A DNA stretch of 64,000 nt, taken from assembly GCA_964016885.1 (NCBI GenBank), contig OZ024743.1:44578001-44642000 (forward strand). The letters run 5' to 3'. Under the pieces are notes generated by a model, which worked only from the letters and a program-made list of their open reading frames with translations, was not told the origin of the DNA and did not search any database. This DNA is from Eledone cirrhosa. Taxonomy: Eukaryota. Each line of letters starts with the position of its first letter. Position 1 is the first letter of the stretch. Shown one piece after another: positions 47,129 through 60,304 of the stretch. A program made the position numbers and the translations under genes.

Positions 47129-48373
47129 TATACACACAGACACACATGTATTTTCTTTTTTCAGTCTGGTCTACCATGTTTGAGCCCCCTGTTGGAGATA
47201 GATAGATAGATAGACGTTTACGAAACACACACACACATACACACAGTTCTTACTCTCTCTGCCTCCCTCCTCTCTTTCTCTCTTAATTTATATATATATA
47301 CATATATATATGGCGTTGTTATTTGGTTTTGTTGAAAAGAGCAGTGGCCTTTGACCTGGCAATAAAAACTGGAGACAAAATTATTTCTGTACCAAAACCA
47401 TGGCACACACAAGTTTGTGCGTGTGTGTGTGTGCGTGCACGTTTATGTGTGTGTGTGTGTATTTATCTATATATATATATAAGGGATACAGATATTGCTT
47501 TCTCTGTCACCAAGCTTCTCAATTCCTTCCTTGCTACTAAGTATTTTATTTTGCTACGAGGTATATTATTTTGCAACGTACTATTTTTCCCCTGAGTTTG
47601 TGATTTCAGAGAAAGGTAAGAAATTCTTCATATTGTGCATCTTTTGTATTTTGACTTTACAGTTTCAATTGTCTATCCACTTAAAATATTAGAACTGCTA
47701 AGAATTTTAAAAAAAGAAGAAATTTTTTCGACTGAGATCAAATCTTTTTTTTTTATTTCAAAAATATCTAATTTGAAATAGCTTGCTTTTGTTTTGAACT
47801 GAAACTTTTTTGTATTTAATTCGTACAAGTATTTTTTAAAGATTCTAAGATAACTTGATTTGGCTCAGTAATCTACTGATATCAAAATCAGTAGTGTATT
47901 GAAAAATTGAGAAATAGGGTAGGAGGCGTTTCGTGATTTCGAGGGGCAAAAGGGAGCGTTTGGCTGAAATGGGTTGAGAAACTTTGGTTTAGAGATATCG
48001 ATATTTCCGATCATTCCCCGCAATACCTCATGAATAACAGTTGTATTATTTCTGGAAGATTTCTTGAGTTGCAACGTCTGGGGTATTGCGAAGAATACTT
48101 GGAAATATCAGTATCTCTCATCAGCCCTGTTGACCATGATGTAACCCGATAATGAAACCCGTGTTAAAATCTATAATTAAATATGTTTTTCTAAACATGC
48201 CTTGTCTGTTTTTCCTAACATATTGAGTTTTAGGTAGTTCGTAAAATTATTGGAACTTGAAAAATACCCATGGATTAACACTTGGGATATTATCTAACAG
48301 GAGTCAATTATAAATTTTGAGGAATCTATGCAGCACGCTGCCTCTTTATTAACACTCCGAATGTTTTATTTTA

Positions 48374-48512
<139 letters not shown>

Positions 48513-48683
48513 TCATCATCATTCTATCATCGGGGTGGCGGCTGTCTGTCCTCCGGTCAAGCTGTCATGTGCGTTCAGGCGTGGGATGTCATTGGCCTGT
48601 CATATACTGCTAGATTTAATGTTCATATGCAACCGATATCTCCACATATTCAAATACATATAAATACACACATACATTGATAA

Positions 48684-49400
48684 CACCGTGTTAAAAAAAG
48701 ATTTGTTTTTTCTTTGTTCCTGGCTTGTAATGACTTTTTTGTGTTGCTTAGGTCCCAAATAAATAAAAAAAATGTGCTATTAAACAGTTAAAAGTTTGGG
48801 TTTGTAAAAATTCTAAGCTATTCACTAGAATTATATGCATGCTGGATTTTACGTTCTATGTAAGTTTAATTTGCTTATGTTAATTGATTTGTTTAATATA
48901 TGTTTCAGGTTAAATTAAAATTATAAAATAAAGAGTAATACCTAAAGAAAATTATAAAAGTGCAATAAAGTATAAAATTATTAAAAAGTGGATTAAAGAA
49001 ATTTATTGATACTGGATTTTCGCACTCTGAATAAAGGGTAAGTTGTGTTTTAAGCATTCGTCTCCAGGATGAAGCAGTGGAACTTGGTCAAGGAGGAAGT
49101 GCAGGTGAAAAGTCAGAGAAGGCGACACGAACCTTTCTCAGGCTTTTACACTCTTAGGGATAGCCTCTGTTTCTGCCATGACGTGTCTGGACTGTTTGAC
49201 GTTATTGGGGTGCCGTTTGTGCCCAAGGAGTGGCGGCTATTTATAGACAGCTCGACCACAAGTGTGAAGGCTGTCCTCCTCCACAATGGGACCAAGTTCC
49301 CGACACTGCCCCTAGCTCATTCAGTCTGCCCGAAGGAAGATTACTACAGTGTGAAAGTCCTCAGGTAGAATTTGGAAATCATTGGAGACTATATTATAGA
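48684..49400 (+). mobile_element. Decayed CMC/Chapaev3-like DNA transposon fragment
   Basis: CACCG terminus; WRLFIDSS..SVKAVLLHNG..LAHS; 48741-48885 matches the reverse complement of 61620-61760. Family assignment is from recalled motifs. Confidence 0.7.
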
Positions 49401-49642
49401 CACCTGAAATATAGGCATTGTTAGCTTAAGAGAAACTTAAAAATAAGGAGTGGCACCCCATTCTGAACTTGTTTATAGAATTCTTTCTGCCTTTGTTACT
49501 CTAAATATAAATTATAGCTTTAAAGAATTAGCTTTTAATGAATTCCCTTTTCTATCAACCAATGACCTCTACCCATCCCACTCCCTACCTTCTCCTACCA
49601 CCCGAAGAGACCTATAAATACCATATTTATTTTTTGATACCC

Positions 49643-49693
49643 AGATTCCTGATGATTTCTAAAGAATGAAACAGTTCTAGTCCTGTAGAATCT
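49643..49693 (+). ncRNA. Type I hammerhead ribozyme fold
   Basis: Stem I AGATTC/GAATCT, CTGATGA, stem II TTC-taaa-GAA, GAAA, stem III ACAG/CTGT, GUA site at 49685-49687. Confidence 0.8.
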
Positions 49694-49705
49694 CTTCTAT
49701 ATTAA

Positions 49706-49747
<42 letters not shown>

Positions 49748-50337
49748 CGTTTAACCATTATCAGTCCGAGCTGACGATCGGCAAGGTGAACCAATTGTTC
49801 TCGGTATGGTGAACTAACTGTTGTGTTACTACTTATATATATATATATATATATTAGATAAGGGAAGTGAGGATCTATACAAATCAGTGGATATAGAGAA
49901 AAGATGAATTTGGAAATAGCCCGGAAGATATATTTAAGCGTCTGTTTTTCTTTTTTGATTCGTCAAAGTGACATTATTGAAAATATAGTGTTATTAAAAA
50001 CATAATGTTATTAAAAAAAGAGAGAGAGACAATTCTTTGTTAAAAATGTTTTTGTGAAGTATATAAAGTATATGAGAAAACCTACCACATGCTTCAGCTC
50101 TTACAACCGCCTATCCTCTTTTGAACTATTGACCACTAAATTAAACAATACAGTCACAGCAGATTTTTCACATCAACAAAACAACGTCTTCTCATTCCGA
50201 GCCAATTCGATTTTGATTTTAATTTTAAACCTACATTTACTACTACCAACTCTTTTTAATTAACCTTTTTCACTGAATTTGACAAGATGGAGCTTAATAC
50301 ATCGAAACCGGTAATTTTCTCATATACATTTCCCTCT

Positions 50338-50503
<166 letters not shown>

Positions 50504-51068
50504 ATGTGCGTATGTCCTTGAACGGCGTTTCATAACTCAGATTGACGAATAAATAACTTACTTTTTACTCAAGTAATGTCTTCGTTTTTCTCTCTTCACT
50601 ATTCGTCAATATCTAATTTAACGGGTATAAATGAAATTTCACGATGCTAGTCTCCTGTTCTTGTTGATAACTTTATATTATCTTCAAACACGCCAACTAA
50701 ACAACAACTAAGTCCTTACAGAAACATCGATTGTGTCACTCGCATACCTTTCAATCCTCATCATTCATTCTTCTCACTTCCGTGCAAGTTTTATATATAT
50801 AAAGTGAATGAAATATTTTGCGGGTCAGGGTATTTTCGTTCAAAAGAACCTTCCTCTGAATCTATTTTTTAATTCCTCCATTGAAAACTAAACAGTAATA
50901 CAATTTGTTCGTTATTTCTCTTCTGTGCAATAATTTAAAATAAGAAATTCTTCAATTTTTCCCCTAATGACCTTCGGGAATTACTAGAAAACTATACTTT
51001 CTATTTTTCCCATTACATACATACAAACACACAAGCTCACACGCTTACACAGCCACACACATACACAC

Positions 51069-51153
<85 letters not shown>

Positions 51154-51190
51154 TATATATATGTGAGTGTATATATATATATGTGAGCAC

Positions 51191-51231
<41 letters not shown>

Positions 51232-51496
51232 TGTGTGTGTGTGTGTATGTGTGTGTGCGTGTATGTGTGTGTGTATGTGTGTGTGTGTGTATGCAATATG
51301 TATGAATAGTTATGTGGCTATATTCCGTACGGTTGAGCCAAATACAACTCGTAACTTTTCTAGAGATCTACAACTTTTATGACTTTTTATTGATTTCAAA
51401 TAATTTTTTTACTTTCCTGTATTTCACCAAACAAAGAAATATTTGTATGTAAGTGTTGCTACTAATATTACTAATAATACTAATAACAATAATAAT

Positions 51497-51880
51497 TGTT
51501 TCTACTTGAGGCACAAGGCCAGTAATTTGAAGGGAAGAGGAAAGTTGATTAACTCGACCTCAGGGCTTACTGGTATTTTACGATGAAAGGCAAAGTTAAC
51601 CTCGGCGGGATTTGAAATTAGAACGTAAAGGGCCGTAGCTCTATGCCGAATGATAATAATAGTAATCGTTTCTGATTTAGGCACAAGGCCAACAATTATA
51701 GGGTAGGTGAATGTCGATTTAATCGCCCCCAGAGCATTACTGGTGATTTATTTATCAACGCCGTAAGGTTGAAAAGCAAAGCTACTTCAGCGGGATTTGA
51801 AATCAGAACGTAAAGGGCCGTAACTCTATGCCGTAAGGCATAATGTCCGATGCTCTACCGATCCTGCCAATCCACCGCCA
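51497..51880 (-). mobile_element. Two tandem tRNA-SINE copies separated and flanked by AAT tracts
   Basis: GGCACAAGGCC tails at ~51510 and ~51680; GGGATTTGAA (B-box reverse complement) at ~51607 and ~51792. Confidence 0.85.
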
Positions 51881-53785
51881 TAATAATAATATTAATAATA
51901 ATACTACTACTACTACTACAACTGCTGCTGCTGCTACTATTACTACTAATACTACTATAATGTATCTCTCAAAGAAACAAAGAAATTATAGATATGTAAC
52001 GATTGCGGTAAAAACACACATCCCCTATTACAGGTGACTTGGAAATATATATTTTTTTTTTAAATTACGAGGCTATAATTAATTACACTCGCTCAAGATG
52101 TCACCCATTAAAATTAAACGAGGGATCTAATGATGGCGAAGCCACCGTTTTAACAATTCGGCTCGGCTGTGTCCAAGGATTCAAATAACATGTTTAATGA
52201 AACAATGAATGTTCAGATAATTTATCTTTATAATTTACTTGTAAAATCTTAGTTCAATACTATTCAGTATAAACCCGAAAAATCAAGACAAACTGAATCG
52301 ATTTTTCAAGGATTCGAGTGATGTGCGTATGTGTGTTTGCGTGTGTGTGTGTGTGTATGTGTGTGTGTGTGTGTGTGTGCTTGTGTTTATGTGTGTATAT
52401 ATGTGTGTGTGTGTGCGTGTGTTTATGTGTGTATGCGTTTGTGTGTGTGTGTTTAAAGTGGTTTGATTCTCCTTAAATACCCGGCTAGAATTCTGGCTAT
52501 AATTATTGAAAACACGGATTGATTAGTTATTTCCATTAATTGGTTTCTTATTTCTGATGATAACGAAATTCGATTACTATTGATTTGGCATACTAGTCGA
52601 CCATTGATTTTTAATGAAGATTTTCTTAGTATTAATTTCTTTTAGATACGTTATTGATTATTATATTATTATTTAGTTCTTTTTAATTTTTTTTTATAAT
52701 CCTGATGAAAATCAAGCAATGTAAGGTATTTCACTTTCACGTAATAAAGTTCTAGTTTTGTTTCTGTTGAAAAACAAGAAAAGAATTTATAAAATAACAA
52801 AGCTTCAACGCTTTTCCTTTTATCACCCGGAGAAAGAAAATAGCGAAAATTGATTTATCACATCGGATAGCAAGCTAACGAAATGGAAAAGATCTTTTAA
52901 AGCAAACACTCACACCTAATAAGCAGAGAAATGGTAAGGTTGCTAGATTACAATGTGCATTTATAATCAGAAATGCAGGTCCAAACAGAATGATAATAAT
53001 AATTGTTTTTATTATTATCTAATTTTTTTGTAAACTCAACCTAATTTTCAATATTTATCTACTGGCTTTCTTGAATTTGTGTGCATTGAAATTCTGTATT
53101 TATTCAGCTAAATTTGTGTATCGGTCAAATTGTACTGAATATTCTCTCTATAATCTGCATGTAACAGTAAACGGCAAATTTGCAGATTATTCAGAGCATC
53201 TGAGAAAACACTTCGATATTTGTTCCGTTTCTCTGCGCTCTGAAAACGATGTGTTATCTGTTCCAGCTCTATGCATTCTGATTTCAAATCTCGCTTCATC
53301 CAACAGGAAACGCGATGAAGATTTTGTCAGAACTTTCGAGCAGCAAAGAAAGACCAATGAGAATATAGTTTCCTTGGTGAGATCTGGTGATTGCTCTCTC
53401 TCTCTTTCCTTTCTTTCATAGAGTGAAAGGAAACGCTGATAGAGTATATTTTACTCAAGTGCTATAGAGTTTCTGAATCAACTTTTATATGTTTGTTGAT
53501 GATATCGACACCGGGAGGGGGAATGCCGATATAGTCATCCCGATGAGATTTGATTGCAGAGCATATATACTCTACGAATATTGCTTAAATCTTAGCGTAA
53601 ACGTGTGGTCCCCTACTTGCATTCTACCTATTTCCATTATGCTGAATTTGAAATCCTTCTACATATAAAAATCCATTATGAAATCTAACTGATCTTATAT
53701 GATTATTATATTTTCTGTATTTTTGCATGTGCGAAGGGTAACGAATTTTTCTTGTATACGACTATTCGAGTTAGTTTTCTGTGTG

Positions 53786-53854
<69 letters not shown>

Positions 53855-54719
53855 TGAAAACATTTATATTATTTCATATGCAGCAAATCGGTAGTCTTTC
53901 AAACATCGGATAGAATGTTTTGTGGTATTTGTTCCGACTCTCAGTCTTCTGAATTCAATGCCCATTAGGTCAATTGTGCCTTTCATTATGTCTATCGCTC
54001 TATCACACTCACTCTCGATACTTCTCACTCCCCCACTCTCTTTTTCAGGAGAAATTTCGATGGGTTTAGACCTGCAGAGGAACGGGCTCCACTAAACTTT
54101 GAAAAGCCAAAGACTTTTCTTCTCCGGTTCTATCGGAGTTTAAGTGCCTATGGCTTTATAATTTGAACTTACAGAGTTTTTCTATCACACGGTTAAATAA
54201 ACGAGAAATTTTGTGTAGACGCACATATCCTGCTGTGTCTTTTTTCCATAATCATCCGAGGATCAGCGACATGAACCCAGTGTAATGATTCAGGAAGATT
54301 CAGGAAGATATTAATGTTAGGTTGCAGATTTATAAGTAAAAATAAGAAAACAATTTGCTATAAATGTTATAGCAGTTTCATATTAATTATATGTATCTTC
54401 ATTGAGCGGTACTTGGTATTCGCCGAAGCCAACGGCTATTTCATCTAAATATTTATGCAAACTAAATGACCGGATCATTCGAACACTGGGAGCATTAAAA
54501 GATAATGTTTGACAAAAGCTAAATAATATATTCACACAAAAATCCTTACTTTTGTCGATGACATATTCCAAAATTCATTGAGAGTAGCCGTGTGATACAC
54601 ACCGATTAAGGGTTATTATCCAATAATGTTTTTCTTAGTCATACACAGGGATGGCATAGAATGGAGTAATGTGGGTTTTCTAGTATAAAAATTGTTTAAC
54701 AATAACAACGAATATGAAA

Positions 54720-56400
54720 AATTTCAAAATGAAAATTCCCCAATAGGGGGTGACTTCCGTGGATCACACGTGCAGAAAGTCTACAAAAATCCACGGTCAA
54801 TCTGACCACTAGTCCATGTGCCCCAGTTGTTCTTTTCCAATCTACAGGCCCCACCTCAGAGCAGGCCTATTCTCTCGGAGCATGTTCGCCACTCTCACTA
54901 CCTTTCGACAAACTGGTTGGAAGACAGTATTTGCCTTTCTACCCAGATTTTCCACATTAAGGGAAACTTGAAAAAGGTGATCAAGGCTTAGCCGAAGAAA
55001 GAGGTTTTCATCCTCAACACTCCCAAGTTTGTTCAGCACGTGACCTCTTTCGCAATGGCCATCTAACAAATCTGAACAGCATGCCCTTCCTGTCCCAAAA
55101 AGACGGCGGGGCGATCTTCACAGTGAACTCTTTCACAAACTGAAGGTGTTTGACATAATGCCACAAGTCAGCAATGTTCGGACACTGGACTCTTGCGGGT
55201 TCCTCGCGTTGCTCATATCTCAAACAGATATTCTGACGGCACTTCCATGTTTGTAGAGTATATCTTAAACTGCAAATGCTCCCCGGTAACAATGCCCGTC
55301 AAGTAACCTCTAGATTGTCTCCATAGTCCCCGAACGCAAGGTCCTCCGAAAAAGAATCTTTTATTTCCATCGTTGTGCAGTTTGCCCAAGAATTTCGTTG
55401 CTTTTACCCACCACAAACCCTCTATATAATGCCAAATGGTGTTTATACCTATCCTATTGTCTGATAGGCATGGGGCTGAGTGGGCATGAAGCCATTACAG
55501 TTTCCAAGCTCTCCCTCTGGGTCATCGCTTGGCGCATAACTAGCTCTGTCAAGGAGACGGGCTGAGAAAAAAGGCCTCTAAAGAGCAACCAAGCCTGTTC
55601 ACTATCAAGTAAAAGCTGGAGACATAGCCTCTTCGCATGTCTGCAAATCATGAGCCTAGGCTTGCCCCGTCCTCAACGTAGCATGTGTTGACAGCAGATG
55701 GATCACCTGACCATTGTGACAGGTCATTTCCACAAGAGAATGTGTGAACATTGGTTCTAACCAACGTGAAGGTGCCGCAAGTACATTACATTCACACATC
55801 CCAACAAAACAGACCCGAAACCGATTGCTTTAAGAACATCCGCTAATTACTGATAGTCGACACTTTCGAAAGCTTACTATTGTTCTAAATGATCAGGACC
55901 TTCTTAGCAGTACACTTTATGATGTATCGCTTAAGTTATAGGATGTCGTGTATGGCTTTTCTGGAAAATGCTGCACGTCTCTGGCTTCCCTACCAGCCCA
56001 CCGGCGACAAGCACCAACTTCGTTGCTAAAACCATGGTCGAAATGTTTAATTCTGCGTTTCCAGATACATGGGTCTCCATAATTAATATGATACACTTTA
56101 TTCGGGTTCTTTCTGAATAGCATGACCACTCTGTTGTGCACAGACATTGGAATTCTACCGTTCTGCTGTCAGACACGTTACAACTCCTCCAAAATGTCAC
56201 CGACAAGATCTGTCATGTTAGCGAAATGCTTGTGGTGCAGATCATGATTTACCATTCTTGCAGCTAGCCACCAACTCTCGTATTTCAATGGCTGTAATCA
56301 ATAGCTTTTTACAGCGCATATCCTCAGTCGAGAGGAGCCACAGCAAGCCGTCGTGGTAGGTATTCAAGTTCACTAATCACGATCATTTGCCTGCCACTAA
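54720..56400 (-). mobile_element. Old decayed Tx1 copy (3'UTR and ORF2 remnants)
   Basis: TTCCCCAATAGGGGG 3'UTR motif; VQCPNIADLW; TGTTGACAGCAGATGGA shared with T2. Confidence 0.8.
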
Positions 56401-56664
56401 TCACGATCATTTGAGTAAATTGTCGCTGGAAAGCTTTCCACATCTTTTCAGGATTGAGTAGTATGTGGTGGTCGTGCGAACTCCTTTTGCTGTTGCTAAT
56501 GTAAAGGATACGGTTTTGTAATTGTTCAAAGATGGTACTAACACAAACCGGGAAACGTTATTGAAAATAAAAATCCAAAAATATTCTGGGACACTTTGGT
56601 TCAAACAGATAGAGTTATTCAGCACAATATGCATAGCATCATTATAGTGGATAAGGTGGATTAG

Positions 56665-56815
56665 GGCAGTGGATTAGCAGTATCCGTAGAGGGTCGGACG
56701 CCATGCTTTGCAGCAAAGAGTTACGGCCCTTTATGGTCTGAGTTCAAATCCCACCGAGGTTAACTTTGCCTTCTATCCTTACGGGGTCGATAACATAAAG
56801 TACCAGTAATACACC
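56665..56815 (+). mobile_element. tRNA-SINE, 3' tail missing
   Basis: CTGAGTTCAAATCCCACCGAGGTTAACTTTGCC core. Confidence 0.82.
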
Positions 56816-56849
56816 GTGTCAGAAATACTTTGAATCGAGAGTGAGTGTG

Positions 56850-57072
56850 AGGCAAAACTTTGAAAACTATACCAAGACTGATAGAAGAGTTAAGATCGGT
56901 CAACAAAAACCTAAAGGGTTATTTGAAATTTGCATGTCTCCAAATATAACTAATCTACAAAATTATTTGTTGAGAGCTGCGAATATTCTGGGCGAAGTGC
57001 TTTCAATCTGAGGTCATTTGACTTGATTAGGGGATTAAATATTATCACCGTGCCAAGAAGTGAACAAACTTG
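56850..57072 (+). mobile_element. Decayed R4/Dong 3' end
   Basis: KTIP...ILGEVLSI* then TGAGGTC..TGACTTGAT and an AAT run. Confidence 0.5.
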
Positions 57073-57088
57073 AAATAATAATAATAAT

Positions 57089-57222
57089 TGTTTCTACTTT
57101 TAGTACAAGACCAGCGATTAGAAGGGAAGGAGAAAGTTCGTTATTGGTGCTTTATTTTATCGACCCCATAAGAAGGAATGGCAAAGCTAACATAGGCGGG
57201 ATTTTAACTCTAAACGTAAAGT
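57089..57222 (-). mobile_element. tRNA-SINE, 5'-truncated
   Basis: TGTTTCTACTTT..ACAAG.CCAGC tail next to AAT; TTTATCGACCCC core. Confidence 0.8.
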
Positions 57223-57224
57223 GC

Positions 57225-59210
57225 ATGTTCAGAGTAGGTACATCCACACGAGCCATTCTTATCACATGCACCCACCTTATAGCAAATGTACTAGGGGGAA
57301 GCACGTTTCTCTCCACCCCCACCTTCTTTTCCAAACGAAACTTTAAAACGTTGATGAAGTATTGACCGAAGAAAAAAGTATCTGTATTCGGTCATTTCAA
57401 CCTGATGCACCATACAACCTCTTTCGCTATAGCCACCAGACAGAAGAAAATTCCCTGCCCTTCTCGACCAAAAGAAGATGGCAGTGCGATTGTTATTATG
57501 GCCTCGATTGATAGCCGGATCGGTCCTACACACTACAACACCTGGTTGACTTAACTCAACAAGGCAATAATGTACGGGCAATGAAGGAGTGTATGCAGAA
57601 CGCTTTCGTCACTCTGCACACATCTCGGGTAGGTCCATCTGATAGTACTTCCGTGTCAGTAGAATTTATCTCGAACTGAGAGTGCCCCCCGGTAGCACAG
57701 TAAAGAGGTGGGGTTTTCCAGACGTTATCCATTGTCCCCGGATCAAAGGTCCTCCGGAACTGACTGGTCAGTTCCTCTCCAAGAGCGTCGTCGGAATTAC
57801 CCATCACTAATCCTTTATAGAACTGAAGTGGAATTTCCATTGACCGCATTGCTCGCCAGGTGGAGAGTAGTGAACGCCTGGCAACATTCTAGATGGCAGT
57901 CTCCCAGTCTCGGTCTCTTCTTGACCCAGGACTGCAGCTCTGTCAAAGAGACGAGCCGCGGAAAGGCTCGTCTGACGAATGGCAACCACACCGGTTCAAC
58001 ATTTAAGCAGAATAGCTGGAGACGCCGCAGCCTCAGCACATGTCTGCGCATCATTAGCCATGGCATGTACAGCCCTCCGCTTAGAGGGCGCTGGCAGCAG
58101 ATGGACCGCCTCACCAAAGGAACCTGTTTGGTGAGGTGCGAACGGGAGCAAGGCCCGTCGGACAGGTGGTAGTAGATGACATACAATGCACCCGTTCGCC
58201 ACCTCGAGCCACCAATTCAGGGATAGCTTGTCCACGACCCATTTCTGGGTGAAAGTGGCCACCCTGCTCGACACCTAGTCTCAGTGTTATCCACCTAGTC
58301 TCAGTGTTATCCACCCTATTGAATGCTTTCGGTTGATCTAAATTGATCAGAGCCCCACCGCAATCAACTTTACACCATACCCTCTTTATGATGTATCGCA
58401 TGAGGTGGAGGTTGTCGTGTATGGAACCGGTGGGGATTGCGCAGGTTTGTGCCTCCCCTACCAAACCCCTGACGTCAAGCGCCAACCTCTTTGCTAACAG
58501 ATTGGACAAAATCTTAAAATCTGTATCCCTCTTTTTCCCGTCTTTCCTCATCAGCGTTACTACGCTCCGGCTCACAGAACTGGGAATACTCCCGTTCTGC
58601 TGCCTATTGCAGTAGACCGCTTCGAAGAATTCTGTGTACACCTCTGGTATATCTCGTAAGGCAGAACATCCAAACCGTGTAGCTTGCGCTTCGTCAGTTG
58701 AAATGCCACTTCTAATCACCGCATCCAATTCAGCAAAAGGTTCCACCTCCTTTCTACTTTTTTACTAATACCTATAGAAACCTATCTAATCTCTCTCTTG
58801 GGAGCACTCTACCAGCTTTTTTGATGCCCCTCCCCGTTAACGTACACTTAATTAAAGTGCTGACCCGGTATCCGTAAGCCAATTGCATCGGAAATGACGT
58901 GGTGGGTTTCCAGTAACCAGGTCTTAGCCTAAAGGTTCTATCTAGGTGGATCATTCAGATCAAAATTTTGATCTGAATAGAAAACCGTTTCGAAATGTGG
59001 ACAACCTATACTATCATTATATGCTGACCTAGTAAAAAAACTATCTATATACGCTACAGATGACCATATGCGCTCGGTCCATGTCCATACTGGTGGATTA
59101 GGGAAATATAGTCGGTACATGTCAGACAGATGGAACTGGCTTATCAGGTACTTGAGCCTTTTGCAGCCCCACCGTCCGCTTTTATCAGCTACTCCCGCAC
59201 AAATCACAAC
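57225..59210 (-). mobile_element. Old decayed Tx1 ORF2 (APE to zinc knuckle, internal deletions)
   Basis: PVWTWT, RPGYWK, EAQTCAIP..SIHDNLHLMRYI, LVRRSICCQRPL. Confidence 0.88.
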
Positions 59211-59266
59211 ATTCTAAGAAATAGTATGACCATAAGCTAGAGTTGGTAATAGTTAGAATCAGTCAA

Positions 59267-59937
59267 TGTGCTGTGGGATTTCAGGATACAAACGGACAAA
59301 GAATTAAAACGTAATGGGCCTGATCTGGTGGTTTTTGACAAAACAAAAATCTTATTTGATTATAAATATGTATTGCGCTTTAGACACAAGAATGCAAGAA
59401 AAGAAGAACATTAACTGGTACCAGGATTTAAAGAGAGGACTGAAAAGGGATTGTAACTGTATTGAGATCAAGGTCGTTCTTATCGTCATAGGAGCACTAG
59501 GTACTATCTCAAAGAGCTTCCAAGGCTGGTTACCCTTTAGCATTTAAATAGCATTTAAACCGACCATATCCGGCCAGAATTTTCTCACCCTTTTCTCTTT
59601 AAACCGGTCATAATCGACGGCCCATACTCACGTTGAGGTATTGTTCTCAAAATAAATAGTATCAAAATCTCATAGATTCAATATTATGTAAGATAATTAT
59701 ATAAGATAAAGTATTTTCTGTGAAAAATACAATAACAAATATAGAGTAATATGAATACTAAAGGGTTAAAGAACATTAGACCAACCCCCTTTTTTGTAAC
59801 ACTCCAAAAGGCTTGTTTACTGGGAACAGCAGGGATCCTCTGATATGTTCTGAATATCTGAGGCTGCAGGTAGCAGCTTGCTGTTTATAAGGGCAAATGT
59901 TCCGGTACAATAATATCAATTATTGTAATATGAAATT
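59267..59937 (+). mobile_element. Old 5'-truncated family-A-like copy interrupted by a MITE
   Basis: VLWDFRIQTDK, IVIGALGTISKSFQGWL, YVLNI*, A-like 3'UTR, AAT run. Confidence 0.85.
59533..59765. mobile_element. piggyBac-like MITE
   Basis: TIR CCCTTTAGCATT / AATACTAAAGGG; inserted at the GGTTAAAG site of the Dong copy (TTA left, TTAA right). Confidence 0.8.
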
Positions 59938-59952
59938 AATAATAATAATAAT

Positions 59953-60171
59953 GGTTTCTTCTTTAGTTCAAGACCAGCAGTTTGAAGGGCAGGGGAAATC
60001 GTTTAAATCGACCTCAGTGCATTACTGGTAGTACATTATTTTATCGACCCCATGTGGATGAAAGGCAAAGCTAACCTCGATGGGAATTGAACGCAGAGCA
60101 TAAAGGGTGATAACTCTATGCTGCAATGCATATTGTCCAACACTCTCTCGACTCTACCAATCTACCACCCT
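59953..60171 (-). mobile_element. tRNA-SINE within AAT tracts
   Basis: Same core and tail as 18945-19128. Confidence 0.83.
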
Positions 60172-60304
60172 AATAATAATAATTATTATTATTATAAGTG
60201 AACCTGCAGTGTGCTACAGCCTCGCACTAACAAGTAATATGATTAATGATGATGGTGAATTAGAAAAATGTACACCTAATATAAGACTGTCTTTTCGGCA
60301 ATAA

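Noticed and set aside
48075-48130. Minus-strand CTGATGA hammerhead candidate
   Set aside because: No GAAA or stem III; it is part of an imperfect inverted repeat with ~47990-48028.
52554-52585. CTGATGA-TAAC-GAAA hammerhead candidate
   Set aside because: No stem II and no stem I pairing.
54383-54445. Possible terminal host exon on - strand (EIAVGFGEYQVPLNEDTYN*)
   Set aside because: Weak acceptor, no recognisable homology or partner exons.
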